This document shows, in pieces, positions 18,683-28,908 of a DNA stretch of 64,000 nucleotides. Source of the stretch: Spirochaetia bacterium (GTDB taxonomy: Bacteria > Spirochaetota > Spirochaetia > CADAEX01). The notes below the pieces were generated by a model. It saw nothing but the letters and a program-made list of their open reading frames with translations, was not told where the DNA came from and made no database searches. Each line of letters starts with the position of its first letter. The first letter of the stretch is position 1. A program made the position numbers and the translations under genes. Where the stretch lies: assembly GCA_963662795.1 (NCBI GenBank), contig OY759746.1, positions 800,001-864,000 of the forward strand. The letters run 5' to 3'.

Positions 18683-19642
18683 ATGGGAATAAAATCTTAC
18701 GCCGAAGCAGGCGTTGATATCGAAAAAGGGGACAGGTTCGCGCAGTTTATCGCTTCACTCAAATCAAAGGCTGTATCGGGCGATATAGGCGGGTTTGCGG
18801 GCGGTGTAGAAATAGATATCGCCAAATATAAAAAACCTGTACTGCTTTCAACAACAGACGGGGTCGGAACAAAACTGATGCTCACCAGGCAGTTCGGGAT
18901 ATATGACACTATAGGAATTGATCTTGTTGCAATGTGTGTAAACGATCTTATTGTTTGCGGGGCAGATCCGCTTAACTTTCTGGATTACATTGCCTGCGGA
19001 AAGCTTAACCCTGAAATTATGGAAGAAATAATAAAAGGTATTGTAAAAGGGTGCGAAGATGCCGAATGTACCCTTGCGGGCGGGGAAACGGCAGAGATGC
19101 CGGATGTGTATGACACCGATGATTATGACCTTGCCGGATTCTGTGTCGGAATAGTGGATAAGGATAAAATGCTGCCCAAAAAAGGGGAAATAAGAAAGGG
19201 AGACAAAATCCTTGCCCTCCCTTCTGCAGGAATTCACTCAAACGGTCTTTCACTTGCCAGAAAAGTTATAGGTGAAAAAGATATTACAGGAAGAAAAGAG
19301 CTTTTAAAGCCTACAAAAATATATGTAAAAGAATTAAAAAAACTCATTTCCTCAGGATTTGTTCTTTCTGCCGCCCATATAACAGGTGGGGGGCTTGAAG
19401 GCAACTTTAAAAGAACAATTCCCGCTGATTTGAATGCCGTATTTGACTACAGTTCATGGGAAACCCCTGATATTTTTCAGAAAATAATGATGGATGGAGA
19501 AATACCTGAAGCAGAAATGAGAAAAGTATTTAATATGGGGATCGGGATCGCAATGGCAGTCCGCAGGGATGATGCCGGAGAACTTGCCTCTTATGCATCC
19601 AGAGAAGGGATTGCTGTTTCCGTAATAGGGGAAATCGCGTAG
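18683..19642 (+). CDS. purM: AIR synthetase
   Basis: YAEAGVDI, TDGVGTK, GGETAEMP, HITGGG. Confidence 0.96.
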   Translation: MGIKSYAEAGVDIEKGDRFAQFIASLKSKAVSGDIGGFAGGVEIDIAKYKKPVLLSTTDGVGTKLMLTRQFGIYDTIGIDLVAMCVNDLIVCGADPLNFLDYIACGKLNPEIMEEIIKGIVKGCEDAECTLAGGETAEMPDVYDTDDYDLAGFCVGIVDKDKMLPKKGEIRKGDKILALPSAGIHSNGLSLARKVIGEKDITGRKELLKPTKIYVKELKKLISSGFVLSAAHITGGGLEGNFKRTIPADLNAVFDYSSWETPDIFQKIMMDGEIPEAEMRKVFNMGIGIAMAVRRDDAGELASYASREGIAVSVIGEIA

Positions 19643-19643
19643 C

Positions 19644-20207
19644 ATGGCCCGGCTGGCTGTTTTTACTTCAGGAAACGGCTCAAATTTTCAGGCCATTGCA
19701 GAGAGGATCGCACTTAATGGAAAACATACGCTTGTATGTATGATATGCGACAGAAAGAACGCCTTTTCCTTTAGGCGGGCAGAAAGCCTTGGTATAAAAA
19801 GCTATTACATCCCATACTCAGGAAGAACTCGGGAAGAGGCAGAGAATGATATTGTTGCCGTTCTTGAATCTGAAATGATCGATATGGTTTCTCTTGCCGG
19901 ATTCATGAGAATTTTCACCTGCGGGTTTGTAAGTAAATACAGCGGAAGAATTGTGAATATCCACCCTGCACTTCTTCCTAAGTATCCGGGGGCCCATGGC
20001 ATTGCTGAAAGTTTTGCATCAAAAGACAGGGAACTTGGAATAACCATCCATTATGTCGACTGCGGTGTTGACACAGGGGCGGTTATTCTACAAAAATCTT
20101 TTATCAGGGATTTCAGTGAGCCTATTGAAGAAATTGAAAAAAAGATACATAAACTTGAATACAGCTTCTACCCTGAAGTTGTTGAAAAACTTCTTGATGC
20201 TTTTTAG
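19644..20207 (+). CDS. purN: GAR formyltransferase
   Basis: SGNGSNFQA, NIHPALLP, TIHYVD..VDTG. Confidence 0.95.
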   Translation: MARLAVFTSGNGSNFQAIAERIALNGKHTLVCMICDRKNAFSFRRAESLGIKSYYIPYSGRTREEAENDIVAVLESEMIDMVSLAGFMRIFTCGFVSKYSGRIVNIHPALLPKYPGAHGIAESFASKDRELGITIHYVDCGVDTGAVILQKSFIRDFSEPIEEIEKKIHKLEYSFYPEVVEKLLDAF

Positions 20208-20278
20208 CTTTTGATCTATCCGGTTTTCAACAGAACCTGAGGGGATCAGCAGGGTTTTTCAGCCATAGGAGGTATTAT

Positions 20279-21541
20279 TTGAAGGTGCTCGTACTTGGTT
20301 CCGGCGCAAGGGAACATGCAATTACCTTAAGCTTTTCAAAAAGTAAAAGCATAACCGGCCTGTTTGCCGCTCCAGGCAATGCAGGAACTGATGAGATTGC
20401 GGAAAACCTGTCTGATATTGACCCCTGCGACAGCAAAATGGTTATTGATGCCTGCAGTAAACATGATATAGACTTTGTATTTGTCGGCCCGGAAGCGCCC
20501 CTTTCCCTTGGAATTGTTGATGATCTGAAGAAAGCAGGGATACCAGCCATAGGGCCGCACAAGGCAGCCGCAATGCTTGAATCAAGCAAGGCTTTTTCAA
20601 AGGATTTCATGATCCGGAATAACATACCTACAGCGGAAGCAGTTGAAGTCTCTTCACCCGAAGAATTTAAAAAGATAATTAACAATAAAAACGGAAAAAC
20701 AGTAATCAAAAAAAGCGGGCTTGCGGCAGGAAAAGGAGTCCTTGAGTCGGACGACAGGTCAAAACTGCTTGATTTCGGACTTGAAATTTTAAAAAACGAC
20801 AAGCTCCTGATTGAGGAATATCTTACAGGCTGGGAAGTTACAATTTTCGCCCTTTCAGACGGGAAGGATTATATAATTCTTCCTTCCTGTGCAGATTTCA
20901 AGAAAGCGTTTGACAATGATGAAGGTCCGAATACAGGAGGAATGGGGGCAATTTGCCCGGTTCCATCCCTTACTTCGCAGATGCTTGAAGAAATTAAAAA
21001 AACAATAATAGAACCGACTTTCAAAGGTATTGAAAAGGGAGGGCTTAATTACAAGGGAGTTCTCTATTTTGGGCTGATGATAACAGAACAGGGGCCGAAA
21101 CTGCTTGAGTATAATGTCAGATTCGGAGACCCTGAAACACAGGCCCTCATGCCTCTGATTCTTTCTGATTTCGGCGAATTATGCAGTTCAATCATAAAAG
21201 GCACAATCAAAACATTTCCACTGAAAATATCAACAGATGCGGCAATATGCGTAGTGATAGCAGCAGGCGGTTATCCGGGCGAATATGAAAAAGGGATACC
21301 GGTTGATTATATACCCCATTTTAACGAAAAATATGTAGTGGTTTATCATGCCGCAACAAAATTTGATGATCAAAACAGAGTTATAACATGGGGCGGCCGG
21401 TGTTTTTCGGTCGTGGGACTTGGCTCAGATATTATTACAGCGAATAAAAACGCATATGTAGCGGCAGAAGAAATATATTTTAAAAACAGTTTCTACAGGC
21501 ATGATATCGGGAGAAAATTTTTTGAAAGAGGTAAATCATGA
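20279..21541 (+). CDS. purD: GAR synthetase
   Basis: GSGAREHA, GLAAGKGV, GPNTGGMG, EYNVRFGDPE; GGAGG SD before TTG. Confidence 0.96.
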   Translation: MKVLVLGSGAREHAITLSFSKSKSITGLFAAPGNAGTDEIAENLSDIDPCDSKMVIDACSKHDIDFVFVGPEAPLSLGIVDDLKKAGIPAIGPHKAAAMLESSKAFSKDFMIRNNIPTAEAVEVSSPEEFKKIINNKNGKTVIKKSGLAAGKGVLESDDRSKLLDFGLEILKNDKLLIEEYLTGWEVTIFALSDGKDYIILPSCADFKKAFDNDEGPNTGGMGAICPVPSLTSQMLEEIKKTIIEPTFKGIEKGGLNYKGVLYFGLMITEQGPKLLEYNVRFGDPETQALMPLILSDFGELCSSIIKGTIKTFPLKISTDAAICVVIAAGGYPGEYEKGIPVDYIPHFNEKYVVVYHAATKFDDQNRVITWGGRCFSVVGLGSDIITANKNAYVAAEEIYFKNSFYRHDIGRKFFERGKS

Positions 21542-21942
21542 AAGATATACTGTTTATAATCGGGTCTGAATCAGACAGAAAAAATATTGAAAGCGGAATT
21601 GAGCTTATCAGGGAAAAGGGAATGAGCCATGAACTTGTTGTATATTCAGCACACAGGAATCTTCCTGAATTAATGGCATTTCTTGAAAAAGAGGATAAAA
21701 ACTGCAGAATAATAATAACAGCGGCCGGCCTTTCGGCAGCTCTTCCGGGAGTTGTTGCCTCGCTTTCAAAAAAACCTGTAATCGGAATACCTCTTGTTTC
21801 AGGAGAGCTTTCAGGCATCGATGCCCTCCTTTCAATCCTCCAGCTGCCTAAAGGTATACCTGTTGCGACAATGGGAATTGGCAAGCAGGGAGTGCTTAAC
21901 GCTGTACACCTGGCAGAAAGAATTATAAAATCATTCACATGA
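21538..21942 (+). CDS. purE: AIR carboxylase / N5-CAIR mutase (short PurE)
   Basis: GSESD, SAHR, AGLSAALPG, PVIGIP, PKGIPVAT. Confidence 0.92.
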   Translation: MKDILFIIGSESDRKNIESGIELIREKGMSHELVVYSAHRNLPELMAFLEKEDKNCRIIITAAGLSAALPGVVASLSKKPVIGIPLVSGELSGIDALLSILQLPKGIPVATMGIGKQGVLNAVHLAERIIKSFT

Positions 21943-21963
21943 CTTTATTTCGACCGCTGTGAG

Positions 21964-24372
21964 TTACCGCAAAAGAAGTTTTGTTCTCTCCTTGAACAAA
22001 AAATTATAAATCAGATCGCTGTAATTGTTCATTTTTTCCATACTCGGCTTTGTTACGGAATAGCGCCAGAAGCCGTATATCTTGGCAAGGCTTACAAGTT
22101 TTTGACTGTAAAGGTCCCATGTGTAACTTTCCAGAACCCTTTTTATTCCATTATCAGACACATTTTTCCACATCTCTTCATCTGTACTCAGTATTTTAAG
22201 CTGCCTATCAATTGTCTGTGAAATCAGATAGGGACTGCTTGTATTGATGAGAAACCCCGAGACTCCGTCCTCAATAATTTCTGACGGCCCTCCAAATTCT
22301 GTACCGAAAACGGGAAGCCCTGATATCATCGCTTCAAGAATGGTTAGTCCGAATGCCTCGAAAAGTGCGGGCTGAACAAATACACCTCTATGGTCTGCCA
22401 TTAACCTGTAAACCTCGCCGGTTTCAAGCCTGTTAAAGGCAGGGAGCCACCTTACTGACTGATAAAGATCATATTTCTCAATGAGCTGATACGCTTTTTC
22501 AATTTCAGCCCTTTCTTCGGCATCGGCAGACTTTTCAGGATGGATGGTTCCGGCTGAAAAGATGAGATTGCAGTTTTTTCTCATGAAACCGCTCATTCCA
22601 AACGCTTCAATAAGTCCTGTTATGTTTTTGATTTTATCAAACCTGGACATTGAAAATACCGGTGTTTTGTCCGGATCAGCAAGTCTGCCGAAGATATCAT
22701 CAGATTCTGAATGAAATATTCTGTCTTCAAGGTTTTTCGTATTCTGTTCAATTCTGTTATCATAATCTTTATACGGATAGTAGATATCCTGATCAACCCC
22801 CGGAGAGACAATGTTAAATTTAGGGGAAAAAAGGTTTATTCCGCTTCTGACCTGAAAAAGCTCAGGCAGACTGAAAAACTGATATGCCTCATACTGCCCC
22901 ATTGAATAGTCGGTTCCCGCGATCTCCTGGAATGTGCTTGTTATAATAAAATCCGACTTGTTCATTGCAAGCATATCTGCCGTGAACTGGAGGGAAAAAT
23001 TATAATTTTTCTCATTGTCCTTCCAGTACATATCTGAAAACAGGTATTTGGTTTTCTCAAGCGCATGCGCTATAGTGCACTGGATTACATCCAGCTTGTC
23101 GGACATAAGGCTTGCGGAAAGATTGCCGTCTGAATAATTACCGATTATCAGATCAGGCAGGCCTGAGAACTCACACTTTATATCTACAATAGCATCATCG
23201 GTAAACCGTTCGATATAGGGCCATACATGAAATCTTGATATCCATTGCCTCACGACATTCATATTGCTGTCCCTGAACGGAACCCTTATTATCCAGCAGT
23301 CATCAGTCTGAAATATTTTTTCCCTTTTCTGGTCGCACGTAGTGCCGTCCGCATCAGGAATCTGCCTTGTTATGACAAGGATTCTGGGCTTTGCGTCTAT
23401 CCCTGAAAGTTCTATTTCATTTCTGATATGCTTCTCAAGCGCCCTTACCTGATCCAGTATGTATATTACCTGCCCACCGGTATCAGGTCTCCCCAGAACA
23501 TTCTCCTGCGCAAACCACCCGTGAGGCGATATAATTGCTATTTTTGAAATAAGGGGCATGGGGATTCTTGTGATAAAATTTTCAAGCAGCTGACCCGTCG
23601 GCTCATTAATAAGTGAAACAAGTATTTTCATTGATTCAAGTATTCTTCCTGCAGTATTGCCCCATCCCGGCTCAAAACCGGCTTTTTTCATTGCCTGCTT
23701 TATTGAGGAATAGGGGGTCTGGGGAGACTTTTTTTTCAAAAACCCGATCATAAGATTTATCTCTTCAAAAAATTCATTAAAATTCTTTATAACATTACCG
23801 TTAACAAGAAGCTGCCGGTCACTGTATTTATGGATTTTAAAAAATTCGAACAGATAGTTGTTCCATTTTTCCGGATTGCTGAAAATGCTGCTTGAAAGAT
23901 ATTTGTTTAGGAAGCTTATACCCTTACCCAGATTTTCAGGATCTTTCAGGGAAGGTCCGTAATCATAGAAAGGGAGAAAATCTATATGCAGATGCTTTTC
24001 ATCCATATATTTTTTTGTCGCAAAAAAATCTTTCTGATCAAGATATTCATCCCTGCTTATCTCCTGAAGGAATTCACCGTCAATCCTCAGTTTATAAAAA
24101 TGGTATTTTGCTATGGATACCCTGTTCATGAGTATCAGGGAATCATATGAGACAAACATCTCCTGAATTTTATTAAGAAAATCGGCAATAGCTGATTTTT
24201 TTCTGAATGTTTCTGTTTTTTTATATTCAGCGCAAAAATTATTGAATTTGACAAGAATATCGTTCCTGAGAAAAAACCTGCTGCTCTCAAAGTGGAAATA
24301 GCTTATGAATTCCTTAAAATCATGCTGTTCTTTCTTCCGTATAATGCGTCCAAGCAGGTTGGTGCTTATCAT
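21964..24372 (-). CDS. Sucrose synthase (GT4)
   Basis: LGRPDTGGQVIYILDQVRALE, IGNYSDGN, HALEKTKY, QPALFEAFGLT; 802 aa. Confidence 0.93.
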   Translation of the reverse strand: MISTNLLGRIIRKKEQHDFKEFISYFHFESSRFFLRNDILVKFNNFCAEYKKTETFRKKSAIADFLNKIQEMFVSYDSLILMNRVSIAKYHFYKLRIDGEFLQEISRDEYLDQKDFFATKKYMDEKHLHIDFLPFYDYGPSLKDPENLGKGISFLNKYLSSSIFSNPEKWNNYLFEFFKIHKYSDRQLLVNGNVIKNFNEFFEEINLMIGFLKKKSPQTPYSSIKQAMKKAGFEPGWGNTAGRILESMKILVSLINEPTGQLLENFITRIPMPLISKIAIISPHGWFAQENVLGRPDTGGQVIYILDQVRALEKHIRNEIELSGIDAKPRILVITRQIPDADGTTCDQKREKIFQTDDCWIIRVPFRDSNMNVVRQWISRFHVWPYIERFTDDAIVDIKCEFSGLPDLIIGNYSDGNLSASLMSDKLDVIQCTIAHALEKTKYLFSDMYWKDNEKNYNFSLQFTADMLAMNKSDFIITSTFQEIAGTDYSMGQYEAYQFFSLPELFQVRSGINLFSPKFNIVSPGVDQDIYYPYKDYDNRIEQNTKNLEDRIFHSESDDIFGRLADPDKTPVFSMSRFDKIKNITGLIEAFGMSGFMRKNCNLIFSAGTIHPEKSADAEERAEIEKAYQLIEKYDLYQSVRWLPAFNRLETGEVYRLMADHRGVFVQPALFEAFGLTILEAMISGLPVFGTEFGGPSEIIEDGVSGFLINTSSPYLISQTIDRQLKILSTDEEMWKNVSDNGIKRVLESYTWDLYSQKLVSLAKIYGFWRYSVTKPSMEKMNNYSDLIYNFLFKERTKLLLR

Positions 24373-26561
24373 TTGTTCTCCTTTATTTTATCAAGAAAAT
24401 TATAATGTTCCATTCCCTCGATTATTCCTTCTGAATACATCTTTTCTGCAAAATATATTTTCCTGCTTTCCTTAAGCGTTTCAAGCTCAGAAGAATAGTT
24501 GCCGACAATGACGGCACAGGTATCTCCCCTGAGCATGTCCTCATCGTTGCCTGAATCACCGCAGGTAAGAATGTTGTCAAGAGGAATGCTCCACTTATAA
24601 CTCAAATACCTCAGGGCTTTCCCCTTTGATGCCCTGTAGGGAATAACGTCAAGATATTTTTCAGCCGAATAGATAATCGTATACCTGCATTTTTTCCTGT
24701 TAAGATGCTCATGAATTATATTTATATGGTCCCTGCCGGGGTCAAGAAAATAACTTACCTTGAAAAGACTGTCATCATTTACATTCTGAAGTTCAAGAAA
24801 TGGGATATCTGCAAGGACCTCCCGAATCAGGTCAGGATTCCAGTTGTGCGAAATGTGGGTGTGCCAGCCCCTGTCGTATTTCATCCTGTCTGTGTAATAG
24901 ATTTCTGTTCCTACAGAAGCAATTATTATATCCGGTGAAGGGATGTTATGTGATTTGAGATATGACAGGGCAGAATCCGCTTTTCTGCCTGTTGCAACAG
25001 CAAATCCCAGGTTATTATGGTTTCTGCCTATTATTTCTGATAATTTATCAGGATTTTTTCCATCTGATCCGATAAGTGTTCCATCTATGTCAGAAACAAT
25101 AAGATGTTTTATGGAAGAGAGTCTCTTTCCTGTTGATTTAGTCCCTTCCCTGCCGCTGTCAAAGTAATCAGCATGATCAATTCCATAATTGCGGTTAAGA
25201 AGTTTTATATATTCCTCCGCATGGGCTTTCCATGTATAATATTTCCTTGTGTTTTCGATCCCGCTCTTCGAATATTTTTCCCACAGACTTCCGTCGCTGA
25301 TTATCTTTTTAAGCGCCTCAGCAATTTCATCGCTGTTTTCAGGATCGACTATTATTCCGTTACGGCAGTTACTGATAATATCCCTCGGCCCTCCGTCATC
25401 AGTCGCAACAATAGGCAGCCCGCACGATGCCGCTTCCAGAAGAGTAAGCCCGAACGGTTCAGTAAGCGCGGCGTTGACAAATACCCCTTTTTTTTCAGCT
25501 GCGATCCTGTAAAGCTCGGGAACCTCAAGTTCAAAATCATGTTTTTTGGGAATCGCCATTTTTCCGTACAGATCAAACTGGTCCATCAGGAGCAGCATAT
25601 CCGTAAGGACATCCCGTTCATTTTCTTCTTTCTCTGTTATGTTTTTTCTAAGGCCTGCGAATATGGCAAGGTTTGCCATAGCCTGAAGCTCAAGGCTTTT
25701 TCCGTATGCCTTTATCAGACCAGAGATATTTTTTCTCTTCTCCGGCCTGCAGAGAGTCAGGACCAGCGGTTTATCCGGTTTCATAAAAAACCTGTCCAGT
25801 TCCTGAAGAACTGAAGCATGTGCATATATCTGTTTTTCGTTTTTTTCTATTTCCGCTATCATATTGTGATAGTAGGGATAGAATTTTTTGGTATCTATTC
25901 CCGGTGGTATTACCTTATAGACGGGAGTTTTCCGGTTGTCATATAATCCATACTGCTTATCAATCTCCTGCTGCGTGCTTGTAATTATCAAATCCGCGGA
26001 ACTCAGGATTTCTTCTTCATTTTTCAGTCTTGTATTCATCCTGAATTTTTTATTGATATCATTTTGAGACAATCCGTCGCCGAGGAGTTTTTCCAGCTTG
26101 TTCCGTCCAAGAGAGTGCCCGGTAAAGAGAAAAGGTATTTCAAAGAATGAAGCAAGCTCTCTTGCAATATACCCGCCGTCAGCATAATGTCCGTGAACAA
26201 TATCAGGAACAAGATTGTCTTTTTTAATAAACTTGACTGTTTTGTCAACATATTCATCAAGAAACGGCCAGAGAAGCTCTTTTCTTATATATTTCCGCCC
26301 GCCGCACTGTATCCTGACAATCCTGAATTTATCGGTCACTATTTCAACGGGAATGCTGTAATCCTGCGAAACTGTCTTGTCTGAAATAAGCCTTGTAAAA
26401 AGATCCACCCTTTCAACTTCATCTTTCAGACTCAATTCTTTGCAGAGTTCAATAACATACTTTATCTGCCCGCCGGTGTCTGCATCTCTCCCCATTTCCA
26501 GCCTGTCCTGTCTTACAAGGCCGTGGATACTAAACATCTGAATATAAAATTTTTTCCCCAT
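24369..26561 (-). CDS. Sucrose-phosphate synthase fused to a HAD sucrose-phosphatase-like domain
   Basis: GRDADTGGQIKYV, HGHYAD, TGHSLG, EPFGLTLLEA; C-terminal DIDGTL, ATGR, GDSGND. Confidence 0.93.
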   Translation of the reverse strand: MGKKFYIQMFSIHGLVRQDRLEMGRDADTGGQIKYVIELCKELSLKDEVERVDLFTRLISDKTVSQDYSIPVEIVTDKFRIVRIQCGGRKYIRKELLWPFLDEYVDKTVKFIKKDNLVPDIVHGHYADGGYIARELASFFEIPFLFTGHSLGRNKLEKLLGDGLSQNDINKKFRMNTRLKNEEEILSSADLIITSTQQEIDKQYGLYDNRKTPVYKVIPPGIDTKKFYPYYHNMIAEIEKNEKQIYAHASVLQELDRFFMKPDKPLVLTLCRPEKRKNISGLIKAYGKSLELQAMANLAIFAGLRKNITEKEENERDVLTDMLLLMDQFDLYGKMAIPKKHDFELEVPELYRIAAEKKGVFVNAALTEPFGLTLLEAASCGLPIVATDDGGPRDIISNCRNGIIVDPENSDEIAEALKKIISDGSLWEKYSKSGIENTRKYYTWKAHAEEYIKLLNRNYGIDHADYFDSGREGTKSTGKRLSSIKHLIVSDIDGTLIGSDGKNPDKLSEIIGRNHNNLGFAVATGRKADSALSYLKSHNIPSPDIIIASVGTEIYYTDRMKYDRGWHTHISHNWNPDLIREVLADIPFLELQNVNDDSLFKVSYFLDPGRDHINIIHEHLNRKKCRYTIIYSAEKYLDVIPYRASKGKALRYLSYKWSIPLDNILTCGDSGNDEDMLRGDTCAVIVGNYSSELETLKESRKIYFAEKMYSEGIIEGMEHYNFLDKIKENK

Positions 26562-26590
26562 TTTTAATTCCTTATCTTCATATACAGCGA

Positions 26591-27475
26591 TTAATTCCTG
26601 AATATACGGTTATAAAAACCAGTATCATCAATCCCGGGAACTGCCCCTTCAAGAGTGCATACAGCTGCGGAAAGCTCAAGCGCTTTTCCCATGATCTCAC
26701 GGGGGTCCCAGCCGTCAAGCAGCCCTTTTACAAGAACTGAAGAAAAAGCATCCCCGGCGCCGACTGTATCCTTAATTTTTATTTTTCTCTTTATTCTGTC
26801 TTTTATATATTTGTCTCCGATAAAAAGCTCAGCCCCTTCTTCTCCCCTTGTCACAGCAACGGATTTTAAATTGTATATTTCCATTAATTCTGAAACTGCA
26901 CGGCGGTCATCACAGGATAAACCTTCGATCTTTTTAAGATACTCAAGTTCTTCTCCGTTTACCTTAAGGACATTGCATTTTTCAAGGGATTTGCGGATTA
27001 TCCGGTCTGTAAAATTACCGGGACGCAGGTTGATGTCATAAAAAAGAAGCACATCCGGCATCATATTATCAATCAGTTTATGTACTACTTCAAAACCATT
27101 ATGAGTTCTCTGCACAAGTGATCCGAAATAAAGACACTTTATTTTTTTCAACTGCCGGGCGGTAACTGACGGATATTCAATAAAATCATAGGCAGCATCC
27201 TTCAGGATATCATAATGATTTTCGTTATCAGAAACTTCCACAGTAACTTTACCTGTATAGTGACGGAGATCTGTCTGAAGGTACTCTATACCGATACCGC
27301 GGGCGGTCAGAAGTTCCCTGATTTGCATACCTTCAGCATCGCTGCCGGTTTTAGAAACCAGATATACATCTTCTCCGAGATTAGTGCAGTGGATTGAAAA
27401 ATTAAGAGGCGCCCCTCCGATTCTTGAATAGGAAGGAAAACTGTCAATTAGCGTTTCGCCGATAGTCAGAATCAT
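26591..27475 (-). CDS. PfkB family carbohydrate kinase (fructokinase)
   Basis: GGAPLN, DINLR, DTVGAGDAF; lies ahead of SPS and sucrose synthase. Confidence 0.88.
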   Translation of the reverse strand: MILTIGETLIDSFPSYSRIGGAPLNFSIHCTNLGEDVYLVSKTGSDAEGMQIRELLTARGIGIEYLQTDLRHYTGKVTVEVSDNENHYDILKDAAYDFIEYPSVTARQLKKIKCLYFGSLVQRTHNGFEVVHKLIDNMMPDVLLFYDINLRPGNFTDRIIRKSLEKCNVLKVNGEELEYLKKIEGLSCDDRRAVSELMEIYNLKSVAVTRGEEGAELFIGDKYIKDRIKRKIKIKDTVGAGDAFSSVLVKGLLDGWDPREIMGKALELSAAVCTLEGAVPGIDDTGFYNRIFRN

Positions 27476-27623
27476 AAAGTAACCTGTAAAAAAGCAGAAG
27501 GAACAAAAGACAATACTTTTTTAGTTATACTCTTATAATAGTGTTTTTTATATATTGAGTCAAGGAAAGGTTTTTTTGTCTGTGCTTTAGTCCTGAATTG
27601 CCGGTTTGCTCTCTTTAGATATA

Positions 27624-28355
27624 TTATTTACCGTTATGCTGCCTGACAGTTTCATACATCAGTATGCCTGCGGCAACAGAAACATTAAACGAATCAACCC
27701 TGCCGTTTGCAGGTATTTTAATAAGGCTGTCGCACTTCTGTGCAAGAAGCTTTGATATCCCGCTACCCTCGCTTCCAAGTATGAGAGCAGTTTTTCCTTT
27801 AAGATTAAGCGACCAGCAGTCCCTGCCGCTCATATCCGCGCCGAATATCCAGAAACCCCTTTTTTTAAGAAGGTCAATACTTCTTGCAAGATTATCCTCT
27901 ACAACCGGGACATATTCACTTGCCCCTGCAGATGTCTTCCTGACAGTGGGGCTGTCACTTGCGCTTCTTCTGCCCGGCGTTATGACAAGGTCTATGCCAA
28001 GCTGATCCGCAGAGCGCAGTATAGCGCCGTAATTATGCGGGTCGGTAATCCCGTCGAGAAGAAGAACAATTGATTCTTCCCCCTCAAAAGCATCGAGAAA
28101 ATTTTTTACTGAAGCATATTTGATTTTTTTTGACGCTTTCTCCTGAAGAACAAGGACCGCGCCCCTGTTTTCACTGCCGCCGGAAAGCCTGTCAAGCTCT
28201 TTCTGTTCAGCCGTTACTACCTTTATTTCCTGTTTTTCGGCAAGAAGCGCAATATCGGCATGTCTTTTATTTCTGCCTGTTATATATAAAACTGAACGCC
28301 CTTTGGAGGATTTTATATATTCCTCAATTGCATGAAAACCTGTAATTACTTCCAC
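27624..28355 (-). CDS. rlmB: 23S rRNA 2'-O-methyltransferase, RlmB/TrmH family
   Basis: DPHNYGAILRSA, GSEGSG, SFNVSVAAG SPOUT motifs. Confidence 0.9.
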   Translation of the reverse strand: MEVITGFHAIEEYIKSSKGRSVLYITGRNKRHADIALLAEKQEIKVVTAEQKELDRLSGGSENRGAVLVLQEKASKKIKYASVKNFLDAFEGEESIVLLLDGITDPHNYGAILRSADQLGIDLVITPGRRSASDSPTVRKTSAGASEYVPVVEDNLARSIDLLKKRGFWIFGADMSGRDCWSLNLKGKTALILGSEGSGISKLLAQKCDSLIKIPANGRVDSFNVSVAAGILMYETVRQHNGK

Positions 28356-28427
28356 TTTTTTACTGTTTCCTTTATTCCTGTTTACTTTACAATATTTCCT
28401 GTCTGTTTTTTCCTGTCCGCGGACATT

Positions 28428-28856
28428 TTATTTGTATTGTTTTATGTAATCAATTATACCGTCAAAATTCTTGTCCCGCTCAACCTTTGTTATATATATA
28501 CCCTTTTCGAGGTATATCCAGACATCCGTTTTATTGTCATAGTTGGTATCAATTTCCTGCCTGATAAGCACACCGTTGGAATAAAAATAGAAATCATCCA
28601 TGCTGCCGTCAAGGTTAAAATCCGTTTCCTCATGGACCTTATTACCGAATTCGTCAATCTCAAGGGTATAATCAATTTTATCGTCATAGTTGTTATCCGA
28701 GCTGATAATCTGCCCGCCGTTCTGTCTGGCCTCAATCCACCTGTCTGGTCTGCCGTCCCTGTTTCTGTCAATCCCGGATTCAGCTGCCTGACAATACACT
28801 GCAAAGAGCAATGTTAAAAGAGCTGCCGATATAAATGTTTTGTGAAGTATATGCAT
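28428..28856 (-). CDS. Exported small protein with five DxNxDG-like repeats
   Basis: Signal peptide; DRNRDGRPD, DNNYDDKID, DFNLDGSMD, DTNYDNKTD, DKNFDGIID. Confidence 0.75.
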   Translation of the reverse strand: MHILHKTFISAALLTLLFAVYCQAAESGIDRNRDGRPDRWIEARQNGGQIISSDNNYDDKIDYTLEIDEFGNKVHEETDFNLDGSMDDFYFYSNGVLIRQEIDTNYDNKTDVWIYLEKGIYITKVERDKNFDGIIDYIKQYK

Positions 28857-28908
28857 AATAATTTTATCGGTATTGAAGTCTTAACTGTAAAACAATATTA
28901 TTTTCAGG

